This document shows positions 1-12,521 of a DNA stretch of 64,000 bases, piece after piece. The notes beneath the pieces were generated by a model. The model was given only the letters and a program-made list of their open reading frames with translations, had not been told where the DNA came from and did no database searches. The position numbers and the translations under genes are program-made. This stretch comes from Octopus vulgaris (taxonomy: Eukaryota): contig OX597830.1 in NCBI GenBank assembly GCA_951406725.2, positions 7,564,001 to 7,628,000 of the forward strand, given 5' to 3'. Every line of letters begins with the position of its first letter. Position 1 is the first letter of the stretch.

Positions 1-32
1 CACACAGTACGAAATTACTTTTAGTTACACAA

Positions 33-69
<37 letters not shown>

Positions 70-596
70 CACACATACATACATAAACACACAAACGCAC
101 ACACGCACAAACACACACACAAACACACACACATACATACATAAACACACACATGTAAATATATGTATATAAACATATGCACAAAACAATACACACACAT
201 GCACATATACACACAAAGGTTCCATATGCCTAACAGTATAGTTTGCCACACACACACATATACGCATAAACGCATATTCTGACTCTCTTAACATGCACAC
301 ATACATTGCAGACATACATTTCTTCAAATACACGGACGCACATATATATATATACAAGCATTTAAACACACACATCTTTACACATCCATATACACATATA
401 TGTACGCATCAGAACAAACACACACACACAGACGTACACTATATATCTGTACACTTACACATACACACACCTTTATACTCACATCGTTTCTTTTTCTTTT
501 TTTTTCCATCAAATTTCCCTTCATCTTCTATTTTATTTTCGTTCATATCATTACATCTCCCCAGATCTTTCAACTGAAAAAAAGAAGAGAAAATCG

Positions 597-598
597 AC

Positions 599-633
<35 letters not shown>

Positions 634-652
634 TGATGATGATGAAGATGAA

Positions 653-707
<55 letters not shown>

Positions 708-732
708 ATGATAATGATGGTGGTGGTGGTGG

Positions 733-765
<33 letters not shown>

Positions 766-800
766 CGATGATGATGGTGATGACGATGATGACGATGATG
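597..800. repeat. (TAA)n/(TGA)n/(TGG)n compound trinucleotide microsatellite
   Basis: Directly visible tandem triplets; source of the poly-M/I/H ORFs. Confidence 0.95.
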
Positions 801-973
801 TTTAGTCTTTCGTCTAAACACACCTTCCTTACTCCGCTCATCGGTTTGGTATCTTTTATATCCTCATTACACTATTTCATCCTCCGACATCCAGCCTCCC
901 TTTCTTCTATCTGGAAACGCACATACACACATACACACACATCAAACTACAGACACCAACACGAGATACAGTG

Positions 974-1005
<32 letters not shown>

Positions 1006-1519
1006 AACATCAGTAATAACAGACACCAACACGAAATACAGTGACCACATTGCCCACCACCACCACCATATCCAGCATCAGTAATAACCCACCACCTCCA
1101 TCATCATCATCCATCACCACCACCACCACCATCATTACCACCACCATTATTACCACCACCACCTCCATCATCAACACCATCACCACCGCTATCATCACCA
1201 CAACCAAGCATCATCCTCGTTATTGTCATCATTTCCAACACACCAAATATGACCACCACCACCAATACCAGGACTACCATGCCCACCACAACAACACCTT
1301 CTTTACCTACACCATCACTATCAACTCCTTATCGTCATATGTTCTTTCTGCCGTCCTTTGAAGCTGCATTACATGTCAAAAAGAATCCTCAATATGAAGA
1401 GCAAGGATCCTCAAAATCAATGATTATCAGCCTGGGTCCACATGACCCTTGTGTGGGGGATCCATATAAGATTTCGTTGTTAAAATTCATGAGGAATCAA
1501 TCGGTTAGACTTCCATTGT

Positions 1520-1970
1520 TTTTTTGTCTCGGTCACTTGACTGCGACTATGCTGGAGCACCGCCTTTAGTCGAACAAATCGACCCCATGACTTATTCTTT
1601 GTAAGCCTAGTACTTATTCTATCGGGTTCTTTTGCTTAACCGCTAAGTTATGGGGACGTAACCACACCAACATTGGTTGTCAAGCGATGTTGGGGACAAA
1701 CACAGACACACAAATACACACATACATACATGCATGCATATATGTATATATATATGCATGTATATATATAGGCATATATATATGTATATATATATATGTA
1801 TATATATGTATACATATATACGACAGGCTTTATTCAGTTTCTGTCTACTAAATCCACTCACAAGGCTTTGGTCAAGGTTATAGTACCACTTGCCCGAGGT
1901 GCCGCGCAGTGGGACTGAACCCGGACCCATGTGGTTGGTAAGCAAACTATTTACTACACAGCCACTCCTT
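1520..1970 (-). mobile_element. tRNA-derived SINE family A (CORE-like, internal microsatellite)
   Basis: Reverse complement of the 8323-8790 element: head GGAGTGGCTGTGTAGTAA, B-box-like GGTTCAGTCCC, (TA)n middle, tail GGCGGTGCTCCAGCAT. Confidence 0.9.
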
Positions 1971-3300
1971 CGTATTTTAACAAGTCTTTTATACAAATGT
2001 TAATATTTAAGTATGATAATATAATGAGACTTTTTCCAACATGTGGGTCTAGTGGAGCGCCGTAGGAATCATTGGTTTCAACAGTATTGTATTTCCTACT
2101 TCGGATAAAGCAATGCCATAGAACACGTAAATCGATGAGGAGAGCATAACTAGATTAGCGTTAGGCCTCAGGATCCGTCGAGGACCCGGGGCAATGTAGC
2201 GCATTACAGTCTTTCAATAAGCAACCACGGCATACCTTGCTTAGAAATTACTATCCACCTTTGATAAAGTGCAGAATTAGATGCAGAGTCTCGTTGGTAA
2301 TGTTCTTCTCATGAATCCAACTGCTCAATCTACGGCGGAATATTAAAAATCGATATTTTTTCTACATTTATTTCCCAGAGAAGGCCAAAAAAGGAGCTTA
2401 GTTCCCTGGTCAAATAATTTTCAGAATTTCACCTCAGAATTTGGCTTAACGATTCGTATCTGCAATTCTTAGGTTTTCACGGACACGTAACAAATTAAAT
2501 GCGAATAGTAATACTTTCACATTGTTTTCCTGCAGAATATGATTTTGATCTTTTTTGAAATCCAAAATCTTAGCTGACCGAAGTGTACAATAGGAAATGT
2601 TCTAGAATATACTATTTCTGTCGGGTTTATCTTTACTCTATCCATTTATGTTCTTTTCTTGACTCCTTTAGTGTTATCTGATTTAATGTGTTCAGGTTTG
2701 TGTGAGATATTTTTTAGCAGCTCATCGTATTTCATTAAAATTCTTTTTCAATTATTCTCCTACAATTTATATTAACTGATATTCAAATATGAACGTATAT
2801 TTTATATTTTAACATTCGGGTGTACCACCCTGAGGAATTTTAATCGAATGGATCTACAAATATGAGAAACAAATAAAAGAATATAAGACTAATATGGAGA
2901 AAGTTCTTTTGGTTGAATTAGGGGAAATATTCCTCTCCAGATTCAGCAAATGTCTCGCAGATGTCTGACCCTTCTATTTTGGATTATCCTACATCTAGTT
3001 CACTTATGGTTTCTACAGTCAGACGGCAGGTGACACAAAATTTCTTCCTTTTCTTCTCTTTTCTTTCTTATCCCGTATTTGTTCCCCCTTCCCCTCTCTG
3101 CATCAAACTTCTCGTTTGTTTCTCCTCGTTCCTCATGTACCAGTGTCCTGATTTCCAGATAGAACGGAACAGACCATGTGCTCGGAGATCGAAGATTGCT
3201 TGAAGACACCGGGGATGTTATAATATCCTGACTAGACACGTGTTTTCACAGCAAGAAACTATTAGTAGCTCGCATATTTATACTGTTTACATTAAATAAC

Positions 3301-3338
3301 ATATATATATATATACACACATATATGTGTATGTATGA

Positions 3339-3390
<52 letters not shown>

Positions 3391-3460
3391 GTATATATAT
3401 ACATATGTATATATATATACATATTTATATATATACACACATATATATGTATATGTATGA

Positions 3461-3505
<45 letters not shown>

Positions 3506-3673
3506 TATATATAAATGTATACACACATCTGTGTGTGCCTGTATGTATATATATATATATATATATATATGTACATATGTATATATATATATACATATTT
3601 ATATATATACACACATATATATGTGCAGTATGTATAAGATATATATATATATATATATATATAAATATATATA

Positions 3674-3718
<45 letters not shown>

Positions 3719-3748
3719 TAAATGTATACACACATCTGTGTGTGCCTG

Positions 3749-3798
<50 letters not shown>

Positions 3799-3800
3799 TA
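3301..3800. repeat. Compound (TA)n tract with ~207-bp internal duplication
   Basis: AAATGTATACACACATCTGTGTGTGCCTGTATG occurs at ~3513 and ~3720. Confidence 0.85.
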
Positions 3801-4279
3801 TATACATGCACACATACACTCACTTGTCGACGAATGATTTCAACATCTTTCATTTTGTACGTTTTTCCTTCCATTGCAGTTTTTTTTCGCCATTCTTTTC
3901 TTTCACTTTTCTTTCTAATGTTTATCAAGAATTTTTAGTAAGACAATTTTTTGCACTCTATTGTCTGACAGTTACCAATTTCTTTGCCTTCCTTTTTGGT
4001 TCCAACTTAGATTAAATCAAATTTTTATATTTCTTTCTATTATTTCCATAATAACTTCACTTTGTGCTATTCCCTCTATAAATCGCAGTTTTTTTTCTTA
4101 TCCTTCGTTTGTTATGGCTTTGATGTTGCGAGTTCTGTAAATGTGTATATTCGTTTATAATCGCAAATGGATGTGTTTCAGTGTGCGTGCATGTAGGTGT
4201 GTATATATATATGTACGTATGCGTGGGCATAAGTGAGTACGTGTGTATGTGTTTGTATGAGGAACAAAAAAGAAAAGGA

Positions 4280-4582
4280 GCACTCCGTCGGTTACGACGA
4301 CGTGGGTCCCAGCTGATACGATCAGCGGAACAGCCTGCTCGTGAAATTAACATGCAAGTGGCTGAGAACTCCACAGTGACGTGTACCCTTAACGTAGGTC
4401 TTAGGGAGATTCAGCGTGACAAGGCTGGCTTTTTGGAATACAGGTACAACTCAATTTTGCCAGCTGAGTGGACTGGAGTAACGTGAAATAAAGTGTCTTG
4501 CTCAAGGACACGACGTGTCGCCGAGAATTGAACTCACACTCTTACGATCGTGAGCCTAATTCCCTAACCACTAAGCCACACA
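4280..4582 (-). mobile_element. Chimeric tRNA-SINE (family D head + family C tail)
   Basis: Minus strand: GGCTTAGTGGTTAGGG...GAGTTCAATTCTC...CTTGAGCAAGACACTTTA head, and the GTCGTCGTAACCGACGGAGTG tail shared with 11720-12092. Confidence 0.8.
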
Positions 4583-4622
4583 CCATCTCGTGCTTGCATA
4601 TATATATATATGTATGTATATG

Positions 4623-4689
<67 letters not shown>

Positions 4690-4706
4690 GTATACATATA
4701 TATATG

Positions 4707-4756
<50 letters not shown>

Positions 4757-4840
4757 CACACACACATGTATGTATGTAGGTATGCATGTATAAAGTTCAC
4801 AAAAAACAAGAGACGAAGATAGCTGGTGTAGACAACGAAC

Positions 4841-4880
<40 letters not shown>

Positions 4881-6060
4881 TGAGGGCACGCGAGGCGCCT
4901 ACCTGCTACAAACCCTCTGTTAAACCACCTATAACACTTAATAATAATAATAATATATATATAAAAATTCTCATTTGAATACTTATTCCTTATGCATGTG
5001 AGTGTGTGTGTGTATGTGTGTGTAAAGACAGAGAAAGAGAAATATGTATTCATTTGTGTTTATATGTATAAACATGTAAATAGATGTGTGTATATATATA
5101 TGTATAAATGTATATATATGTATGTAGGTATGTACATATGTATGTAGTTCAGTGTTATATGAAGCAGTGCGTATGTGTTTTGGTGGTCCTTTATATTTAC
5201 CTTTCAAATACATCGAGTCAATTTGCTTCGATGCAAAACAGTGCGCGGATCCGCTGTACTCTATATTTACCACAAAGATTAATCGCAACCTCGATTTAAG
5301 ATTAATCACAAATTGCACTCGTCTTAATCAGCGTTTAATTAGCACTCGTTTTCTCAATTTGTATTGCTAATGACAAGGTCATGTCACCGTGTTCACTATG
5401 AATTTAAATGAACAAGGAGAAACTGAATACAATGGCGTCAATGCTATATATTAACTAATTGCTGGTCGTGAGCTTGCTGCACCGGAAGTTCTTGCAGAGA
5501 TCACGTGGTCCTTTTTTCATTCACATTCGATTATTTCTGCAACGCAACCGCATTATCGTTGTATTTCAAACTGTTCTAACCGTGTTTTGGACTTGGAAAT
5601 TAAAATCGGATTCGGTAAAAAAAAAAGAATAAAAAAAACATCTGTTCTTTTATCTAAATATATAGCTGAACTTGTATTTCATTTCTCTTTCTGTCTGTCT
5701 GTCTCTCTATCTATCTACTTATCTAACTATCTACCAATCTATCTATCTATTTAGCTATTTATGCATCTATGTACTAATTTATTTATCTGTCTATCTTTCT
5801 CTCTATCCATTCATCAATCCATCCATCTATCTACCTGTCTCTCTCTTCCTCTCTCTCTCTCTTTCTCTCTCTGTCTATCTATCTATCTAATTACCTATCT
5901 ATCTATCTTTTTAATTATCTATCTATCTAATTATCTTTCTATCTATTCACGTGTGTACCATTCTGATTGTTTATCTATCTGCCTGTCTGTTGGTAGATAT
6001 ATCGAATACTTACAAACAGGCGCACATATGTGTGATATATATATGTATGAATATACACAT

Positions 6061-6122
<62 letters not shown>

Positions 6123-6123
6123 G

Positions 6124-6159
<36 letters not shown>

Positions 6160-6809
6160 TGTATGTATGTATGTATGTATGTATGTATGTGTGTGTGTAT
6201 GTATGACACACGTCATATACATGACCTATTTCATACACATAACATAGGTCATGTATATGACCTGTGGCCAGCCCTTTTTCTCTCTTCCTTTTTTAGGCCG
6301 GTGGCTAAGCTGACCGCTCGTCTATTTGTTGCCTTTCTAATCCTTTAGGATTGCCCTCTAAGCGTTACCCACCAATTGTTCGTTTGGCCCAAAGGCTGCA
6401 TTCTGTTCGCTTCTATTTTTATCTCGTCTTTGTCCTTCGTCCATCACCTTGAATTACTTTTATTCCCTTTCGCATGGCCACTTCTGTATCGCTTGTTATC
6501 CATCTATTGTTTGCTCTCGGCCCTATATTCCCCGCAACTTTCGCAGGCACCGTCAGCATAGGAAGCCCCCTTCAGTCTTATCATCAATGGTGCGAAACTA
6601 ATACCACCTGGTTGATTACTAATGAAGGACTAGAAACCTTCTGTTTTTGTTTTCCGTCATGTTTCTGCACTCAGTATACGTTTTCCCGTTCGTCTGTGCA
6701 TTCATTATATCGTTTCTGCATTTACTATACATTTTTTCACTCATCAAGTAACGCAACGCGACGCCCCCTGACTTTTATTAACAGTATATATATATATATA
6801 TAATTAAAA

Positions 6810-6920
6810 TCAGTCCCAATGCATGCACCTTGGGCAAGTGATTTCTACTATAGCCACGGTCCGACCAAAGCCTTGTGAGTGGATTTGGTAGGCGGAAACT
6901 GAAAGAAGCCCGTCGTATTT
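6810..6920 (+). mobile_element. SINE family A 5' fragment
   Basis: CACCTTGGGCAAGTG...AAACTGAAAGAAGCCCGTCG matches other copies. Confidence 0.85.
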
Positions 6921-7052
6921 CTAGCGTTAGATTGACCACATGGTGGACTCTCTCTTATTATTTATATATATATAATAGAAATATTAAAATTACTAAGTCT
7001 CTCTAAAGGAGATTACGGCAGCGTTACTGGATATTAATATGGCAGTCCATAA

Positions 7053-7360
<308 letters not shown>

Positions 7361-7384
7361 ATATACACATATACACATCTATAC

Positions 7385-7440
<56 letters not shown>

Positions 7441-7443
<3 letters not shown>

Positions 7444-7486
7444 ACAACAATACCTGTTTCAACACACGGTTTCACATCAGAAATCA

Positions 7487-7560
<74 letters not shown>

Positions 7561-7616
7561 TATGTATGTATGTACATGCATACATACATACATACATACA
7601 TACATACATACATACA

Positions 7617-7651
<35 letters not shown>

Positions 7652-7729
7652 GTGTGCATGTGCGTGAGTGAATTTGTGTTGCATGATTTCTGATGTGAAA
7701 CCGTGTGTTGAAACAGGTATTGTTGTCTT
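7441..7729. repeat. Perfect 50-bp inverted repeat (7441-7490 / 7680-7729) around (TA)n(TACA)n
   Basis: AAGACAACAATACC...AAATCATGCA is the exact reverse complement of 7680-7729. Confidence 0.95.
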
Positions 7730-7920
7730 TCAGGATGGTTATTTTTTTCTTCTTTTTCCCAAATAAACACACACATTACATACTACTATCCTTATTCTAA
7801 CTCATGTCCAATGTCCGGAAATCTTTCGTCACACATCTGTGACCTCTTCAGCAACACTTTCCATCTTCATGCGTGCTCCTGCTGTACTTAGTTCATTCTG
7901 TTCTTCTATGATGTGTATCC
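7680..7920 (-). mobile_element. Short Penelope-like repeat, family H2
   Basis: Reverse-complement homology with 62690-62990; contains an HHR motif. Confidence 0.6.
7812..7856 (-). ncRNA. Minimal type I hammerhead ribozyme motif
   Basis: Minus strand: TGTTG CTGAAGA G GTCACA-GATG-TGTGAC GAAA GATT TC CGGACA; perfect 6-bp stem II. Confidence 0.7.
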
Positions 7921-8089
7921 TTATATGCTCATGCATTTGCGTCTGTATTTGAGTGAGAGGTGTGAAGGAAGGAGGGGCGGTGAGTGCGCGGACATGCGTG
8001 TGCGTACACATGTCCAATTATTTCGCATATGCCTTTCAGCTTGTTGTCACCTTTATTGTTATAGTGTTATGGGATGTTCTGGAAGATGT

Positions 8090-8272
8090 AACTGTATTTC
8101 GAAAAGACCAGCCTTGTCACATTATGTTTCATGCTGAATTTGTCCGGGAACTACGTTAAGGGTACGCCTGCCTGTGGAGGGCTATGCCACTTGCACGATA
8201 ATTTTACTAACAGACTGTTCCGTTGATCGCGTCAACCGAAACCCTCGTCGTCGTAACCGACGGAGTGCCAGT
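8090..8272 (+). mobile_element. SINE family C 3' half
   Basis: CAGCCTTGTCACA...CTACGTTAAGGGTAC...GTCGTCGTAACCGACGGAGTGCC. Confidence 0.85.
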
Positions 8273-8322
8273 CATAATTGTTCGATCAATTATACTTTAT
8301 TATTCGCTTTTATATATTTATA

Positions 8323-8485
8323 GGCGCAGGAGTGGCTGTGTGGTAAGTAACTTGCTTCCCAACCACATGGTTCCGTGTTCAGTCCCAATGCGTGGCACCT
8401 TGGGCAAGTGATTTCTACTATAGCCACGGCCCGACCAAAGCCTTGGGAGTGGATTTGGTAGGCGGAAACTGAAAGGAGCCCGTCG

Positions 8486-8521
<36 letters not shown>

Positions 8522-8790
8522 TGTATGTATGTATGTATGTATGTATGTATGTATGTATATGTATGTTTGTGTGTGTATGTTTGTGTGCCTATGTTTTTCC
8601 TCACCAACGCTTGACAACCGATGCTGGTGAGTTTACGTCCCCGTAACTTAGCGGTTCGGCAAGAGACCGATAGAATAAGTACTAGACTTACAAAAAGTAA
8701 GTCTCGGAGTCTATTTGTTCGGCTAAAAGGCGGTGCTCCAGCATGGTTGCATTCAAATGGTTGAAACAAATGAAAGAATAAAAGAAAAGA
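8323..8790 (+). mobile_element. Full-length tRNA-derived SINE family A
   Basis: GGCGCAGGAGTGGCTGTGTGGTAAG (A box), GTTCAGTCCC (B box), CORE-like CCTTGGGCAAGT, (TATG)n middle, purine-rich tail; more than 12 copies or fragments in the window. Confidence 0.92.
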
Positions 8791-9110
8791 ACTTAATTTC
8801 ATCAGAGAAAAAGGCGGAGAAGCGTTTTCGCTTTTTTTTGTGATTATTGAGAAGACATACCTTTTAAAAGTCAGTGAAGTCTCTAGGGAACATTGTTTAA
8901 ATCAAAAAGAGGCCCTTGGCAATGAAAAGGTTTGAAGCCATTGGGATATGGTATAATACAATTATAGTTGCTGTTCTTTAGCTCCCGGTCAGTATTCCAC
9001 TGTGATCCACTTTCCCTTCCATCCTTTCGGGGTCAATAAATAATCTGATCAAAGCCGTTATCACTTTGATCAACCTTTAACCAAAATAAAACCTGTTATA
9101 CTCTCTAGAG

Positions 9111-9393
9111 CAGTGGTACTCAACCCTTCTTTTACTTATGAACCCCTTTTGGTTCCTATTCTACAACGGTGGACCTTCAAACCCATTTGTTCTTTGAAAT
9201 ATCCTATTATATGTTTATAATTAATATCAATAAATACCGTTTTTATGATTAAATACCATTAGGAATTGTATGAAAAACGTGAAACATTTTAAGTATTGCA
9301 GAAGTACAAACAGTTGATTGCACATAAATGTTAAGAACTAAATCTCATGCATGAACCCTGAAGGGCCATATGGTTCCCAGTAGGGAACCGCTG
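9111..9393. mobile_element. hAT (Charlie/MER5-like) MITE
   Basis: TIRs CAGTGGTACTCAAC / GTAGGGAACCGCTG; flanked by 8-bp CTCTAGAG and ATCTGGAC (NTCTAGAN-type TSD). Confidence 0.7.
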
Positions 9394-9459
9394 ATCTGGA
9401 CTGAAAGGGAAGCAACAGTCAATATTCCCGTGGTTGTTAAGATCAAAGTTGTGTAATAA

Positions 9460-9658
9460 TGCTTTCTAATTTTGACACGGGATAAACGATTTTAAGGGAT
9501 GGGGTAAGTCGATTAGATCTGCCCCAGTGCCGAATTGGTCCTTATGAAAGGCAGAGTCAACTACCGACGGCATTTGAAATAAGAATGTAAAGAGCCGGGA
9601 GATATGTCACTAAGCATTTTGTCCGGCGCTGCAATGACGCTGCCCACTCGCCACCTTT
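9460..9658 (-). mobile_element. SINE family B (Nin/Deu-domain-like), degenerate
   Basis: Similar to other family B copies; plus strand ends ...CTCGCCACCTT. Confidence 0.7.
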
Positions 9659-10019
9659 ACTGTGAAATGATAATAAAAGTACCTTGATGTGGTACCTTTG
9701 TACATCTAACAGTACTGAGCCAGTGCGAAAATGCTTTCCTGTTTAAAAACCAGATGGTAAGAATTACACCACTGGCAGTCGTATACTAAGAGGACTTGGT
9801 AAGACACTGTCAGTTGAAGAAGGGTCTTGGATGTAAAGATGCTGAACATTCGTAAAATGAATGATGCTGATGCTGCCGCTGCCGTTGCTGCTGCTCTTAC
9901 GAGAAGTGGGAGTGTAAGGTTTGGTTTTGGTGGCTGCATCTATGGTGGTGGACGGTGATGGTGATGGTGGCAGTGGTGGTAGCTATATTACTTATAGATG
10001 TAACTTGTTTATGGTGGTG

Positions 10020-10073
10020 ATATGATAATGGTAGTGATGATGATGATGTTGATGATCATGATGATGATGATGT

Positions 10074-10110
<37 letters not shown>

Positions 10111-10550
10111 GATGATGATGATGATGATGGTGATGATAATGATGATGAAGATGATGATGATGATGATGACGACGACGATGTGGAAGAGGATGATGAGGAG
10201 GAGGAGAAGGAGAAGGAGGAAGTGGACGAGGAGAAAGAGGACAAGGAGGAGGATAGTGATGATTAATAAGACGACGAGGATGATGATGAGGAGGGGGAGG
10301 AAGAGGAAGAGCAGTATAGTGCGATGGTTCCGCCCCAGTTAAAGAAAGCCAAAATGAAATTACAGATTCCGTACAACTGTAAATCTAAGGGATGGACGCA
10401 TGGCTATTGTGAGGGGTCGAGGCGGATGAGTAAATAACATGGCCGGATGCTTGGTGTGTGTGCGTAGAAGGTGGGGACTGGAATCATTTGTTGAGGGTGG
10501 TTGTCATATCATTATCTCTCATGCATCAGGACGCATGAGTAATATATACT

Positions 10551-10608
<58 letters not shown>

Positions 10609-10657
10609 CAGTAGTAGTAGTAGTAGTAGTAGCAGCAGTAGTAGTAGTAGCAGCAGC

Positions 10658-10689
<32 letters not shown>

Positions 10690-10729
10690 CAGCAGCTGTA
10701 GTAGCAGCAGCTGTAGTAGTAGTAGTAGT

Positions 10730-10767
<38 letters not shown>

Positions 10768-10768
10768 T

Positions 10769-10824
<56 letters not shown>

Positions 10825-10862
10825 CAGCTGTAGTAGTAGTAGTAGTAGTAGGAGTAGTAGTC
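10020..10862. repeat. (GAT)n, (GAG)n and (GTA/GCA)n microsatellites flanking a ~230-bp unique island
   Basis: Directly visible. Confidence 0.9.
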
Positions 10863-11344
10863 AATGTCCGTCCGACCGGCTCTACATCTACGTCAATGTT
10901 ATCGTTGTTGTCGTATTCACATCATTATCGTCATCATCATCACCATGAGCGTGAATTTGATCTTGCTTGTCGTTGTCATCATTAACATCATTCGAAATGC
11001 TACAACAACAAGAGTTGATAACTAAAAACAACAACAACATCAACAACAGTTCACAAAAGGAGCAGCGACTGCAAAAGTGATTCTATAATCAGCAAAACTC
11101 GAATCTCTCGGAAAACAACAGCAATGACCGTAGCAACAAAAATGGCAACAGGGTAGCAACAGTTACGCCACTAACAACAACAATAACAACATCAACAATC
11201 TCAATTGCTTACATAAATAATTACGAAGCAACAACAACAACAAAAACAACAACAACGGTGACAAGAACAGAGACCGATAGCGAAAAGAGTGGCTGTAACA
11301 ACTACAGCAACTACATTACTACCAACAGCTGCAATACCAATCAT

Positions 11345-11700
11345 TTGGGGGGAGGGGTTAAGTCGATTACATCGACCTCAGTAGGCTGCTGGTACTTATT
11401 TAATCAACCCTGAAAGGATGAAAGCCAAAGTTGGCCTCAGCGGAATACCTATTTCTTTATTACCCACAAGGGGCCAAACACAGAGAGGACAAACAAGGAC
11501 AGACAAACGGATTAAGTCGATTATATCGACTCCAGTGCGTAACTGGTACTTATTTAATCGACCCCGAAAGTATGAAAGGCAAAGTCGACCTCGACGGAAT
11601 TTGAACCCCAGAACGTAGCGGCAGACGAAATACCGGTAAGCATTTCCGTCCAGCGTGCATCATCATCTTCATCATTACCGCCGCCAATCATCGCCGCCTT
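11345..11700 (-). mobile_element. SINE family B (two fused units)
   Basis: Minus strand: GAGTTCAAATTCCG/GGGTTCAAATTCCG B box, GCCTTTCAT..TTTCGGGGTCGAT..AAGTACCAG Nin-like domain. Confidence 0.85.
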
Positions 11701-11719
11701 AACAATACCTTTTTGGTTG

Positions 11720-12092
11720 GTACTCCGTCGGTTACGACGACGAGTGTTCCAGTTGATCCAATCAACAGAACAACCTGCTCGTGAAATTAACATGCAAGTG
11801 GCTGAGCACTGCACAGAAACGTGTACCTTTAACGTAGTTCTCGGGGGAGATTCAGCGTGACACAGACTGTGACAAGGCTGGCCCTTTGAAATACAGGTAC
11901 AACAGAAACAGGAAGATAGAGTGAGAGAAATTCGTGGTGAAAGAGTACAGCAGGGTTTGCCACCACCCCTGCCGGAGCCTCGTGAAGCTTTAGGAGCTTT
12001 CGCTCAATAAACACTCACAATACCCGGTCTGGGAATCGAAACCGCGATCCTACGATCGCGAGTCCGATGTCCTAACCACTGGGCCATTGCGC
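11720..12092 (-). mobile_element. Full-length tRNA-derived SINE family C
   Basis: Minus strand: GGCGCAATGGCCCAGTGGTTAGG (A box), GTTTCGATTCCC (B box); near-identical copy at 51743-52093. Confidence 0.9.
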
Positions 12093-12106
12093 CGCCACCT
12101 TAACAA

Positions 12107-12343
12107 TACCTATTTCTTTACTACCCACAGGGGGCTAAACACAGAGAGGACAAACAAGGACAGGCATAGGTATTAAGACGATTATATCGACCCCAGTGCG
12201 TAACTGGTACTTATTTAATCGACCCCGAAAGGATGAACGGCAAAGTCGACCTCGGCGGAATTTGAACTCAGAACGTTGCGGCAGACGAAACACTGCTAAG
12301 CATTTCGCCCGGCGTGCTAACGATTCTGCCAGCTCACCACCTT
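12107..12343 (-). mobile_element. Full-length SINE family B
   Basis: Minus strand: AAGGTGGTGAGCTGGCAGAATCGTTAGCACG...GTAGTAAAGAAATAGG. Confidence 0.9.
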
Positions 12344-12521
12344 AACAATACCAATCATAATGACAATAGGAACAACCACATTTACAACAACAACAGCAAA
12401 ACCACCTGCTTTACTACCAGCGATAAGCGTACGTGTTATGATAACCACAAACATGAGACGTCCAACATCAAAACCGAAACTACATAACCACGTTGTACGG
12501 GGATTAATATACATGACATAG

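Noticed and set aside
9764-9982. Minus-strand open frame ...SSSNGSGSISIIHFTNVQHLYIQDPSSTDSVLPSPLSIRLPVV*
   Set aside because: No credible acceptor or start, partly degenerate triplet repeat, no recognisable homology
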